A stretch of DNA of 64,000 nt, taken from assembly GCA_964016885.1 (NCBI GenBank), contig OZ024743.1, positions 254,820,001 to 254,884,000 on the forward strand, in the 5' to 3' direction. Made by a program: the position numbers and the translations under genes. This document shows, in pieces, positions 39,267 through 52,246 of the stretch. The notes under the pieces are model-generated. The model saw only the letters and a program-made list of their open reading frames with translations. It was not told where the DNA came from and did no database searches. Origin of the DNA: Eledone cirrhosa. Lineage: Eukaryota. How positions within the stretch are numbered: position 1 is the stretch's first letter; each line of letters opens with the position of its first letter.

Positions 39267-39462
39267 TGGTGGTGGTGGATTGGCAGTATCGGTGGAGTGT
39301 CAGACGCCATGCTTTACAGTATAGTTACGTCCCTTTACAGTCTGAGTTCAAATCCCGCCGCGGTTAACTTTGCCTTTCATCCTTACGGGGTCGATAAAAT
39401 AAAGTACCAGTAATGTACTGGTAATTGCTGGCCTTGTGCCTAAAGTAGAAACAATTATTATT
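39267..39462 (+). mobile_element. tRNA-like SINE family B
   Basis: tggcagtatcgg...gagttcaaatccc...ttaactttgcctttcatcc...gtcgataaaataaagtaccagt...gccttgtgcctaaagtagaaac. Further copies at about 4997, 21295, 26607 and 41583. Confidence 0.85.
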
Positions 39463-41582
39463 CTGTTTATTGTTTTTTTTTACACATATTGCATATCACT
39501 CCTGTAATTATATTGTTTTTCACTAATTTAAATCCACATTTTGTTATAATTTTGTATTGCAAAGAGGACAAAGTGCATCAGTCTTTACTCTTAAGAAGGT
39601 AAAGCCAGTACTATTTGTGCCAAAGGTTCAATTATTTGAATTCTAATATTCTATTACTATACATTTGTAACATGGAGTTTACACCCTACCCAATCCCTAG
39701 TCAGAGCTGGAAAAGTTTTTTCAGGAGAATTATGTGACATGGCGGCAATTCAAACTGGACTCTGTAGAGAAGCAATGTTACCACCGACTCCATAGACATC
39801 ACAAAAAAAAACATCCTCACCAACAACAACAATAGCAGCAGCAACGTCTGCAACGGCTACAGAAACAAAAATGGCAACAACAATAACAACAACACCGGCA
39901 ACAATGACAATAACATATTCACAGCAGCGGCTGTGAAAACTATGGCACTATTCATGGTGGACTTAACCAAGAGAGAGGAATATTTGGCTCAAGGACCCAA
40001 ACTTCTAGCAGTTAGAAAACTTGGGATAACATACGTGTTCCACCTCAGGTGTAGGCAACGATGGAAAAGAAAACCATAACCAGCTTACAGGTGTATTGAC
40101 ATCAACTCTAAAAAGCATAAGCTGGCCCCACAATCCCACATGAAGACAGGTTCAAGCAGTTTGGAAGCATCTCAGTACATATTAAAAGTGAGGCAATTCT
40201 ATAAGAAGTACTGTTTCCCCCTGTAACACAGACCAATTTATAACATTTCCCTCTTACATGGGAAGAAGTGTGGTGAATATCCAAATTGTTGGGTTCCTGC
40301 CAGAATTAGACACCTTGTGATCCTAGCATGTAGCAGCATGGCAGGTAGTGAAACCTACCTGGAATCAAAGAAGATTCAGTGGGAGAACTGGTCTAGAATT
40401 AATCTGGAAGTAATTCGCCAGATCAAACCAGAGAAGATTGACAAAATCCCAGACCATCCCTGATACTGAAGACTGGCAAAGGCGTGACTGATGATGCACA
40501 GGTATGCACTGAGGTACGTCATCTCCAGATATTCATGTAGTAAATAGGTATGGTTGCCTTTGGTCAGGAATGTATTTCTGCAGCTTGTCTCTTTGATTGA
40601 GCTGCAGTTGTGGCTTAAGCTACGACTAAGACTAGGTGCCTGGTATCTGGAATGTTGTCAGGCACTCACAGCCCTCTACACATCAGATAATAAGGTTAGT
40701 GTAAATACCACTCTAGTGGTGGGCAATTATAACGATGCACTCAAAGACCTCGGTGTCGATGAGAGCGAACTAACCAGTCTGTTCCAGAGAACTTTCAGGC
40801 TGGGGACTATAGACGATTTACAGAAATCCTTGGGCAGGCAGTTTGAATTAAACTCTACAGGAAAGGAAGTGCATTCAATTAAAGATGTCTGAGATGCATG
40901 TAGAACAATAAAACTGTTCTGCAGGTACTCATCCAGTATTTGGACATTGCAGACTTCAGAAGTTTTGTCAAACAGCTATTGTTATATATAGTAGCGATCT
41001 GGCTATTGGCTGACTCCATCAAAAAGATTACCCTGCCACCTTTGTTTTTTACTATGAAAGGCAGGCAGATTTCCTTATTCTGGTAGCTGTGGTGAAAGAG
41101 GTTGTGTGGTAGACGCAATTAAAAGGAATCGAGAGTGACACTTCCTTCTTTGGTCAAGGCTTCATCGACTTATTTAAGTGCCAATTGGAAAGGATGTTGA
41201 GGGTGGAGAAGGAAGTGCTGCCATAGCAGTACATTTTTTAATAAGCGGGGTGAATGTAGCAATTTTAGAGAGTAGAGGGATGTCCTTCCATGGAACTCCT
41301 GGTGATTACATTGGTTTAAGATCTCTGGGGTTCCAAATTACCCGTGGGGTGTATTCTCCCTATAGGGGAATTTAATTGTTATCTGTTACCTTTTTTTAAT
41401 CATTTTTTGTTAAAGCATTTTGTAAATTTCAACTGTCCCTTTTTTTATGTATTGTTCACTATTTATCGGCTATAGTGTCCAATAAATAAATAAATAAATA
41501 ATGATAAGAATAATAATAATAGTAATAATAATAATAATAATAAGAAGAAGAATCATTATTATTATCATTGTTATTATTATTA

Positions 41583-41800
41583 GGGCGGTGGATTAGTAGT
41601 ATTAGTAGAGGGTTGGACAGCATGCTTTGTGGCATAGAGTTACAGAACTTTATGTTCTGAGTTCAAATCCTGCTGAGGTTACCTTTGCCTTTCATCCTTT
41701 TGGAGTAAATAAAATAAAGCACCAGTAATGTACTGGGGTCTACTTAATCGACTTTCCCCTACCCTAAAATTGCTGGGCTTGTGCCTATATAAGAAACCAT
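41583..41800 (+). mobile_element. SINE family B copy
   Basis: Aligns with 39267-39462. Confidence 0.8.
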
Positions 41801-41823
41801 TATATATATATACATATATATAT

Positions 41824-42541
41824 ATACCACTTATACCACTATTGGCCGCTAAAGGGTTCTCTCTAAAAATGAAAGGCAGGCTGTATGATGTCTGCATACG
41901 AACAGCAATGTTACATGGCAGTGAGACATGGGCATTGTGTGCAGAGGATCTACGCAGACTGGAGAGGAACGAAGCTTGCATGCTCCGTTCAATGTGTAAT
42001 AGTAATATACGTGAACGGCAAAGCATAAACGAACTAAGGGAGTAATTAGGAATAAGAGGGATCAGATGTTGTTTACTCGAGAGAAGACTACGTTGGTACG
42101 GTCACGTGATGCGCATGAAAGACGACAGTTGTATAAAAAAGTGCAGGGCGATAAAATAGATAAAAATTGCCTAAGTACAAAGTGAAACCTACAGTCAGTA
42201 GGCACCTCTAACAAAAATACACCCCCGTCCCATTACCCCCACCCCATCCACACCACCCCTTTCGATGTAAAGTTATGTTGGTACCACAACATCCAGTCCG
42301 AAATAAATGAGGTCGTGTAGGTGTCACGACAAAAAAACACACAGTCCCCGCTGTAATGTGGCCGTGTACGTAACATGGTAAAAACCTCCCAGTCCACACT
42401 GTAAACGTGGTTGGTGTTAGGAAGGGAATCCAGCCGTAGAAAACCCACCAGACAGTCCTATACGAGCAAGACAAGCAATCTTGCCTCAAGTGGGAGAATT
42501 CCCGTCCAAACCCATGCAAGCGTGGAAGATTGACGTTAAAC

Positions 42542-42574
<33 letters not shown>

Positions 42575-42575
42575 A
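41824..42575 (+). mobile_element. RTE (PHD family) 3' fragment with an internal deletion
   Basis: LIPLLAAKGFSLKMKGRLYDVCIRTAMLHGSETW, 3'UTR and (GAT)n tail. Confidence 0.88.
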
Positions 42576-42948
42576 TATATATATATACATATTTGTATGT
42601 ATATTCATGCATATATATTGCTGTTAGTATATATTTCAATTGCTGTAGATACTTCCGATTATGATTTAACTGATGCTATATACATACTTTAACAAAATGT
42701 TCAATCCATCCCCTCTCACTTCAATTTTCCATTATGTTTTTTGTACTTATCCACTTATCATTTTAAATCGTACTTTAGAATTATATTTTCATTTAAAAAA
42801 AAATAATTTTAATATTTTTTTATTTTATTTATAACAAATTCTATTCGAAATTTTCAAGTGTGATTAAATGTCACAATTTTACTTGAAGTGAAATATATAT
42901 ATGTGTAAGGAGGAAATTGTAGTTTACTTGAAGCATTGCGTAGTGAGG

Positions 42949-43930
42949 TATAAACGTTTGGAGTTAGGAGGCCAGAACAATGCAGGTATGGAAATAGAAT
43001 ATAAATACAAATGCAAAAGATATTGCTGACAATTAGCCTTTTACCTTAAATTTATTTGAATATCCTTAATTTTCGAGATAATATCTCTTCTTCGGAAGGA
43101 AGTAAAGGGGTTATCCAGTGTTCTAATTAGCTTGCCAAGTCATGCTGACAGGAAATAGTAAAGAAATTCCATTCTATTTCTAATGTCAAAGAGTGAAGGT
43201 TAGGTGGGTAAAAGGTTGTCTCCCTTTAAAAGGGTTTGGACATGTTTGTCTAAGTGTGTGTGGGAGAATACGTGAAGGTGTAAGCATGCGTGTGTGTGTG
43301 TGTGCATGTGTGTGTGTGTGAGAGGATATGTTTATATGTAAATGTGGGAGCTAGATGCTCTATCATGTTAAAACTGGTCTATATGTGTGTGTGAGCGAGA
43401 ATAAGTGAAGGTGTAAGCGTGCGTGTGTGTGTGTGTGTGTGTGTGAGATGGTAGGTGGAGATGTAAGTGTGGGGCTAGGTGCTCTATCATGTTAAAATTT
43501 GGGCGTTGAGTTCTAGTCTGTTATTGATTGGTGGTTGTGTTTTGTCTATAATTAGTGCTTCTTTAATTCTAAGATTGCCGAGGTTTCTTTCTTTAGCTTC
43601 TATCCAAACTAATATGTTTTTGTCGGTGTTTTTGCATTTCACTAGGTGTTTCTTAAATGAGGAAGCGTTAGTGCTGAGGTGTTCTTTTAACACTCTTTGA
43701 TATTAGAAATAGATGGAATTTCTTTACTATTTCCTGTCAGCATGACTTGGCAAGCTAATTAGAATACTGGATTAACCCCTTTACTTCCCTCCGAAGAAGA
43801 GATATTATCTCGAAAATTAAGGATATTCAAATAAATTTAAGGTAAAATACTAATTGTTAGCAATATCTTTTGCATTTGTATTTATATTCTATATCCATAC
43901 CTGCATTGTTCTGGTCTTCTAACTCCAAAC

Positions 43931-43936
<6 letters not shown>
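42949..43936 (-). mobile_element. Severely 5'-truncated PLE (GIY-YIG C-terminus) with inverted pLTRs
   Basis: 42949-43195 is the reverse complement of 43691-43936. ORF 43487..43693 reads KEHL...FKKHL...LRIKEALII....P.IN. Confidence 0.85.
43063..43100 (-). ncRNA. Minimal hammerhead-like motif with CCGAAGA core (second copy 43786-43823, +)
   Basis: UCCUU-CCGAAGA-A-GAGAU-AUU-AUCUC-GAAAAUU-AAGGA. Confidence 0.6.
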
Positions 43937-43998
<62 letters not shown>

Positions 43999-44029
43999 AT
44001 ATATGTACATTTGTAAATATATCTATATA

Positions 44030-44170
44030 AGGTTAACGTATGTTGATGCCCGTAGGACAGACACTGGTCTGTTGGAGATGCAGGACATGGCAGCGATAAT
44101 GAGGGACAGAGACCGCTGGAGAGAACTCGTCCATTGATCTTGGGATTTTACCCGCCCTAGATAGATAGAT
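44030..44170 (+). mobile_element. RTE 3' terminal fragment of another family, with (TAGA)n tail
   Basis: RLTYVD..RTDTGL....MAAIMRDRDRWRELV* followed by tagatagatag. Confidence 0.6.
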
Positions 44171-44277
44171 ATGTGTGTGTATGTGTATGTATATGTGTGT
44201 GTATGTATATGTGTGTATATGTAATTGTATGTATATATGTGTTTATATATGTATACATATATATATGTGTGTTTGTA

Positions 44278-45692
44278 GTTAATAAATGTACTCCCGCTAT
44301 GCTGATGATATCAATATTGTAGCTAAAACACCCCTACATGAGAACAGTGAAGAATTATTAAGGAAAACCATGGAAAGTCTCCAGCAAATAGCTAACTTTA
44401 TCCACCAGAGTTTTAAAGTTACTGTAGACCACCCAACCAAACACCCCAACCATAGACTATCTGTACTAGACATAGAACTCTGTTTAGAAACCAGTAGTAA
44501 TATAACACAGATCCTCCATTTGCATTATGCCAAACCCAGACCATTTGGATAACATGAAATTCAACAGACTAAATGCAGACGTAGTAAGAATGATGAATAA
44601 TGTATCAAGCTTGGGTGATCCTAAAGTATTATAGAGACACATACAAAACTTCATCCACCACATACAGTTCACTGGCTACAATTAGCAAGAGTGGATAAGG
44701 GTGTATAAAGGAGCCAAGGCCAAATGGATGAAGATTGTAGAAAATGATATGAATGGGACTTGCCCTCTGCTCCTATGCATAGGGCAAATCCCATACATAT
44801 CATTTTAGAGAGAACCAAGAAGATAAATAAGATCATTTCCTGGTATCACAGCAATAAATACCAAAGTGTAATGTTTGTCAATGCAACCTCCAGAGGTGAA
44901 CTAGCATCCAGATTTAGAAGAGTCCCAGACAAATTAAAATTAAATATAGCAGAAAACTGGGTAGTTCTATAAAAGCCCTAATAAGTAGAATGTACTCTTT
45001 TGAGAAAAGCCACTGTGCTTATAGGAAATATATAGTCTGCAGGTAACATCCACAAATTAGCTGTAAAACTAGGAATGTAGTTTATAGTACAAGATGTATG
45101 GAGGGACAGTGTAGGAACATAAACAGGGCTTACATATGTGAGACGTTCTGTAGCATAGAAAAAAAGGATAAATGAAAACTGGCAACAACTCTAAGATGAG
45201 AAGAACTCATCAGTACTTTGCCAACATACCAGAATGGCACATGATTGTATACTAGAGAACATTGAGACAAAAATTATGTCCGCACACAGAACAGATGCAA
45301 TGCTCCAACAAATTATAGAACCAACAAATATAAATGAACTCCAACCAAAACTAAACAGAAAACATGCGGAAAGTAGCATCAACCTCACAACACAATAACA
45401 CTAAAGACACAGACACACAAGCACTAAACTAATAAAACAAACAAGACCCACACAGATAGAACATGTGACCAACTAGTGACAAGTAAATGAATGCATAAAT
45501 AAATAAACAAATAAATATATTAAAATAAATGAATAAACAAATGAAAGCACACACACAAACCTGGATATAATGCATGCACAGCCCAAGTACATAGCCCACA
45601 AAAACAAGATGGTGTAGGAGAGAACAAAGGAGAGACACAAAATAACAACAAAAGTAATAACTGAGGAGTTTACAGAATGGGATGAAATAACA
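44278..45692 (+). mobile_element. Decayed PLE related to the 57480-59792 family
   Basis: MYSRYADDINIV...DHPTKHPNHRLSVLDIEL and NKYQSVMFV. A degraded hammerhead core CUGAGGA...GAAA lies at 45661-45688. Confidence 0.8.
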
Positions 45693-45694
45693 TT

Positions 45695-46190
45695 GAGAAT
45701 ACATGGTCGAACTCGAAAGGTGTCATCCACTATGAGTTGCTACCACCAAACACCAGCATACCCTTTGACATCTATTGCAAACAACTTAATAGATTAGCAG
45801 CAAAAATAGCACAGGTATGCCTACACCATCGTCCTCTTCAATTCTTTCATGATAACTTTCAGCCACTTACATCAAAGGTGACCATTGAGAAGTTACTGAA
45901 GCTATGTTTCAAGATTCTGCCACACCTGCTGTAATCACTCAAACTCACACTTACGCACTATAACCAATTCTCACAATGAGCAATACAAGGAAGTCAGAGA
46001 TCTTCACAAATGAAAAGCATTTAAATCAGTTGATGACGCAATATTTTGCATCTGAGCAAAAATAATTCGATGGGGATGGAATCATGCTAGTTCCGAAATG
46101 TTGGCAGACGATAATTGCAAATTTTCCTAATGTTAAAACGACGTCAATAAAATTTGAAAAACGGTGAGAACTTTCTGTCCAAACTTTATA
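45695..46190 (+). mobile_element. mariner (Tc1/mariner) transposase remnant with 3' TIR-like end
   Basis: KGVIHYELLPPNTSI...YCKQLNRL...FFHDNFQP...ILPHLL*S corresponds to the HDNARPH and PHPPYSPDL motifs. The end reads aaaaacggtgagaactttctgtccaaactttata. Confidence 0.8.
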
Positions 46191-46214
46191 TGTGTGTGTG
46201 TCTGTGTAATTATA

Positions 46215-46677
46215 TATCATCATCATCATCATTATTTAACGTCTATCTTCCACGCTAGCATGGGTTGGACAGTTTTGTTCCACTTGAGGCGAGATTGGTT
46301 GGGAGACTGTGTCTCGCTCACACAGAACTGTCCCTGGCAGGTTTTCTATGGCTGGATGCCCTTCCTAACACCAACCACATTTACAGTGTGGACTGGGTGC
46401 ATTTTGTCGTGTTACCGACACGACCACTTTACAGTGGATGGAGGGTGTGTGGGATGGGGCGTATATTAGATTAAAAGGTGCCTACTGGTTGTAGGTTTAA
46501 GTTTGTATGCAAGGGAAGGCGGGTCTTCTGTACAACTGCATACCCCAAAGATATCAATCCAGTGACATTGTCTTAGAGAGGTGTAAGTGAGCAACGTCAG
46601 TTTTTATCACCTTCTCCCAGGTTTTTCTTGGTCTACTCACCCCGTAACGTCCATCAATTTTGATCGCGCTGCACCTT

Positions 46678-46680
<3 letters not shown>
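46215..46680 (-). mobile_element. RTE 3' end fragment
   Basis: Homologous to 61795-62465, with a (GAT)n tail. Confidence 0.8.
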
Positions 46681-46764
<84 letters not shown>

Positions 46765-47069
46765 CGTTCTCATATTTGTTCATGCTGTCTCACAAATTCG
46801 TTCCTCAGTCAATAATTGTATCTAAGTTTCCAGACTCTTATTGTCTCATCATCAGGTCTGTTGTTGGCTTATTTTAACCACTCCTTTTATTATAGGTATA
46901 TATGTATTCTTCCTTCTTTGTTACCATTCTCTGTCTATATATATATATATATACACACATATATATCTGTGTGAGTATATATATATATAATGTGTGTGTA
47001 TATATATATATAATATATATATATGTGTGTGTATATATATATATAATATATATATATGTGTGTGTATAT

Positions 47070-47139
<70 letters not shown>

Positions 47140-47852
47140 TGCATAGCATTGTTATTCATAACTTTATAATTGTCTTCACTGTTGTGTTGCTGATATAGTG
47201 TATTTGGTGTTTGTTAAAACTTTAATTCTCAAATGATTATGCTAATTTCAATCAAACAAGAATTGAGAAAAATTTCCTGTATTGAATATATAAATAGAAA
47301 TCACATTAAAACAGAAATCTTGTAAAACATACTCTTATATATATATACGTAGATACAGGTACATGTAAGTGATTCTGTTTGTTTAGATAATGTAGATATA
47401 CAGATGTGTGTACACAAACACACACACGCACACACACACACACACACACTCACACACATATATATATATATGGGAGTGTACACATATGTAAACGTACACA
47501 GACATATATGTCTCCACATAAGAATACGGAGACAATCATATTTTTGAGAATGATTTTATGTATATTAAATTTTATATATTTTCTACTTTTATCAATAGTT
47601 ATGGAATATATGTGTATGATGTGTGTGTGTGTGTGGATGTTTGTTGGTGCTTTTATGTATTGCTGTATTGATAACAAGTTGGTTTGATGTATGTGTGATT
47701 GTATATCTCTTCACATGTATGTTTCTGTATGTTTCTATGCATATTTATATGAATGTGTATGTATGTTGTTATTTACATATGCACTCATGTATACTACGTA
47801 GATATATATATGCATACAAATACATTCATACACATATGCACATACATACATT

Positions 47853-47917
<65 letters not shown>

Positions 47918-48359
47918 TCAGAGATACACACATGTATACATTTGGACATGCATACACACAAATATTATTATGTACAAATACACACACACATAGAGGGATA
48001 CATACATGCATGCATACATTTTTATATGTTATATTTCTGTGTTGGTTTGCAGCCATATAACTATCCAGCTGCAGATATGTTCTACATTAGTAGATACTTA
48101 TTACATAAAACACACATGCACGCACATGTATGCATATAGTCATACATAGATTCTCTCATAGATGCATATATATATATATATATATATACAACGACACATA
48201 TGCACACACACAAACATGCTCATATCTTCATGGACAGGTACACACTAATATACATGCATTATATACACACATGCACAAACACTTGCATACACATACATTT
48301 AAATACGTAGATACATTCTCACATATACATTCATCAATCCATCAATCATATATATATAT

Positions 48360-48437
<78 letters not shown>

Positions 48438-48607
48438 ACGTAGATAAATATATATGCATACAAATACATCCATACACATATGTACATACATATACTGACA
48501 CAAACATACATACAGAGGTACACACATGTATACATTTGGACATGCATGTATATTATTATGTACAAATACACACATATATCCACACACATATATATATATA
48601 TATATGA

Positions 48608-48689
<82 letters not shown>

Positions 48690-49022
48690 GTTACACGTGA
48701 AACGAAAAATTCTTTTCAAACAAGAAATCATTTCTAGCCATTTATATCCCCAAAATGATGCTTTTATGTTTAATTCCTTCCATTTGAATATATCTGTGTG
48801 ATGCTAGTCTATAGCTTTTAATATTCATGATCAGTCATAAAATTTAGCTGTTCAAGATGAAAAATGAATCAAATATTTATATTGTTTATCTCCCCTCTTC
48901 TTTCCCTCTTTCTTTCTTTCTCTGTGAATTTCTCATATATCGATATGTAGTGTATGGGTATATATGTATATATATATATTTCATCATCATCATCAGAAAA
49001 GGAGACGTGAAAATAATGATGA

Positions 49023-49080
<58 letters not shown>

Positions 49081-49218
49081 GTATATACATGTATATATAT
49101 ATGTATGTGAATATATATATATATATATGTATGTGTATATATATATGTGTGCGTGTGTATGTATTTATACATATCTATATATATATATATGTGTATGTAT
49201 ATATACATATGTATATAA

Positions 49219-49257
<39 letters not shown>

Positions 49258-49693
49258 TACACGCACATATATATGTATATGTTTGTGTTTGTATATATAA
49301 AGTAAACATTGCCGACATTTTGTCTTGTATAGTATAGCAGTGAAAATTAATGGTACATTTCCTTGTCTTTCATGCTTAATTGGACTTTGGCAAATATTTC
49401 ATTGTCCTCCTGTGTCCTCATTGAATTATGTTTTCACAGCGAGAAGGCAATAGATAGATCTTAGTTGTTATGCTAAATTCATATTATTAATAATATTAAT
49501 AATAACAATATAATAACAATTATAATAATAATAATGATAATATCTACATTAATATATAGACAGACTGATTGAGGCTGCGCCACAGAATATATTTCAATGG
49601 TGAATATTTATTTAATGTACATAATATTGCTGATGTTGGTGTTTTTTTTTTTTGTTACCCATGTCAGCATTGGTGCAACAATTCATAAAATTG

Positions 49694-49744
<51 letters not shown>

Positions 49745-49801
49745 TATGCTAGCGTGGAAGAATGACGTAAAACGGTGATGATATATATATATATACGTAT
49801 A

Positions 49802-49897
<96 letters not shown>

Positions 49898-49910
49898 CGT
49901 ATATATATAC

Positions 49911-50064
49911 AAGATCCCGTTAAGGGTGAAAGCAGCGATTCCTTTGCTTAAACTTTAATCTGTTATTTTAATAAATATTTGCTCTACGGTTCTTATATAT
50001 TTGATATATATTTTCCTTATCGAGCCCTCTTTGGATTTTAGTCTTCAATTTTATTATTATTACT

Positions 50065-50065
<1 letters not shown>
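49911..50065 (+). mobile_element. Solo pLTR fragment of the PLE family at 2163-4565
   Basis: Nearly identical to 4412-4566. Confidence 0.85.
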
Positions 50066-50095
<30 letters not shown>

Positions 50096-50218
50096 CATAT
50101 ATATATACATATACATATATATATACATATACATATACATATATATACATATATATATATACATATACATATATATATACATATATATATATATACATAT
50201 ACATATATATACATATAC

Positions 50219-50249
<31 letters not shown>

Positions 50250-50409
50250 CATATACATATATATATACATATACATATATATATACATATACATATATAT
50301 ACATATACATATACATATATATACATATATATATATATATACATATCTATATATATACACATATATATATATACATATATATATACATGTATATATATAT
50401 ATATATACA

Positions 50410-50445
50410 AATAGCAGTTGAGCAGTTGAAGTATAAGGACGTGTT
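50410..50445 (+). promoter_or_regulatory. Candidate internal Pol II promoter (DPE-like GGACGTG)
   Basis: GGACG starts at 50437, which is +28 if the element starts at 50410 where the TA tract ends. The second CR1 has AGACGTG at 4628, close to its own 5' edge. Confidence 0.5.
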
Positions 50446-50583
50446 TTTACTTCTCTCCCCGAGTAAGCAGCAAGTCACACAGCCACAAAACAAAACCACA
50501 AGACAAAACCAAACAAACAAAAATTGACCGGTTAATACATTTTCATACATCTATATTATTATATATTTGAAACCACGTGTTTT

Positions 50584-51056
50584 CGAACTTGTGAGTACAT
50601 TTTCCTTTAACTACAAATTATTATTATATACTTTCGTCTTTTCATTAACTTAATTAATTTCAAATAACCAGAATATACATATATATATATATATATACTC
50701 ATATTTATATATATACGCTTCTCACTCACACACAAGAAAAACAAAAAACAAAAATAAATCAAAAATAAATTTTAAAAAAAATATATATATATTGAAATAC
50801 TTAACTAAAACACACACACACGAACTTGTGAGTACATTTTCCTTTAACTACAAATTATTATTATATACTTTCGTCTTTTCATTAACTTAATTAATTTCAA
50901 ATAACCAGAATATACATATATATACATATATACTCATATTTATATATATACGCTTCTCACCCACACACAAGAAAAACAAAAAACAAAAATAAATCAAAAA
51001 TAAATTTAAAAAAATATATATATATATTGAAATACTTAACTAAAACACACACACAC
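50584..51056. repeat. Tandem duplication (about 237 bp x2) in the LINE 5'UTR
   Basis: cgaacttgtgagtacattttcc... begins at 50584 and at 50821. Confidence 0.9.
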
Positions 51057-51067
51057 TCAAAACTAGA

Positions 51068-52246
51068 ATGGCTAACCAGCAAAAATCCAAACAGAACTGG
51101 TCTGATAATGAAATCGACATTCTAATAAACACATGGCATTGCCTTTCCCAAACAGAAAATATAGATGCTTCATCTCTGAACGACATTGCTAAACGTACAG
51201 TTCAATTTTTGAAAACTCGATCTGAACAACAGATTCAAAATAAATTAAAGCAAATCGAAATTGCTTTTAAATTAATCAATAAACATTTGGATAAACTACG
51301 GTGTGTTTTCTCTTCGAATGCTGTTCAGCAGCAGCAACAACAACAACAGCAGCTACAACAGCAACAACAACAACAACAGCTACAACAACAACATCAACAA
51401 CAGCTACAACAACAACATCAACAACAGCAACAACAACAACAACGACAACAACAGTGTGAACCACTCCTTGATTCATCAACAATGGCCGATCTACTAAATG
51501 AAACTATTGACCCCCCAGTAGCCTCTGTCTCACAGCATGAAACGCCACATCCTTTCTCTGGCCCAGCAGTCCAATCATCACCACTGCCAACATCTCTGCC
51601 TACTACTACTACTACTACTACAACATTTTTGTCTACTGCTATGTCAAGGAATTTACCTTCTAATACCAGAACAAGAACTCTCCCTCCCACAGTCCACAAA
51701 GGTCGTCAAATCCTACCCAAACCATCTTCTACACCTCTCACAACACCCATACCCACATACCCACCCACTCGAAACCCCATCATTTGCCGCTACTCTCTAC
51801 GCTATAGAATATGTACGGATAGTGGCTGCAAATTCACCCATTTACCTAGGACAAAACGATCTATCCCCACAAACAGCCACCACCATAATACATACTCTAA
51901 TTTAACACCAACACAACCACCAATAACTCAAACAAGGAATCCACAAATCTGCCGTTTTTCCCTGCGAGACAGATTGTGTTTAGACCGGGATTGTCCCTTT
52001 ACCCATCCCCCGGGGACCCGTCGGATAAATGAAAATAAAATTAAAAATAAAAGCAAAAACAAAAACCATAACCTACATAAAAATAACCACTACCACAGTC
52101 ACCAACAGTCTTCTAAACAGGATACTTCTTCCTCTTTTTTAGCCATAATGAATCTGGCAAAAGAACTGGAAAAAAACATTCGAGCTATCACCCAGCACCA
52201 CCCTCCACTATCACCCCACTGCACAAACTCCCATTGCTGCCATTAA
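51068..52246 (+). CDS. LINE ORF1 protein: Myb/SANT-like N-terminus, polyQ, two CCCH zinc fingers
   Basis: ATG start, 392 aa. WSDNEIDILINTW...RSEQQIQNKLK, then CRYSLRYRICTDSGCKFTH and CRFSLRDRLCLDRDCPFTH (C-x8-C-x4-C-x3-H). Confidence 0.85.
   Translation: MANQQKSKQNWSDNEIDILINTWHCLSQTENIDASSLNDIAKRTVQFLKTRSEQQIQNKLKQIEIAFKLINKHLDKLRCVFSSNAVQQQQQQQQQLQQQQQQQQLQQQHQQQLQQQHQQQQQQQQRQQQCEPLLDSSTMADLLNETIDPPVASVSQHETPHPFSGPAVQSSPLPTSLPTTTTTTTTFLSTAMSRNLPSNTRTRTLPPTVHKGRQILPKPSSTPLTTPIPTYPPTRNPIICRYSLRYRICTDSGCKFTHLPRTKRSIPTNSHHHNTYSNLTPTQPPITQTRNPQICRFSLRDRLCLDRDCPFTHPPGTRRINENKIKNKSKNKNHNLHKNNHYHSHQQSSKQDTSSSFLAIMNLAKELEKNIRAITQHHPPLSPHCTNSHCCH

Noticed and set aside
39730-41400. Possible L1/Tx1-like remnant (VVGNYNDAL resembling GDFN; low-complexity ORF1-like start)
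   Set aside because: It is too decayed, and a single weak motif is not enough for a call.
46812-46862. Minus-strand CUGAUGA-UGAGAC...GUCUG-GAAACUUAG
   Set aside because: The core and stem II are plausible, but there is no valid U-H site or stem I. Counted only as degenerate and not annotated.
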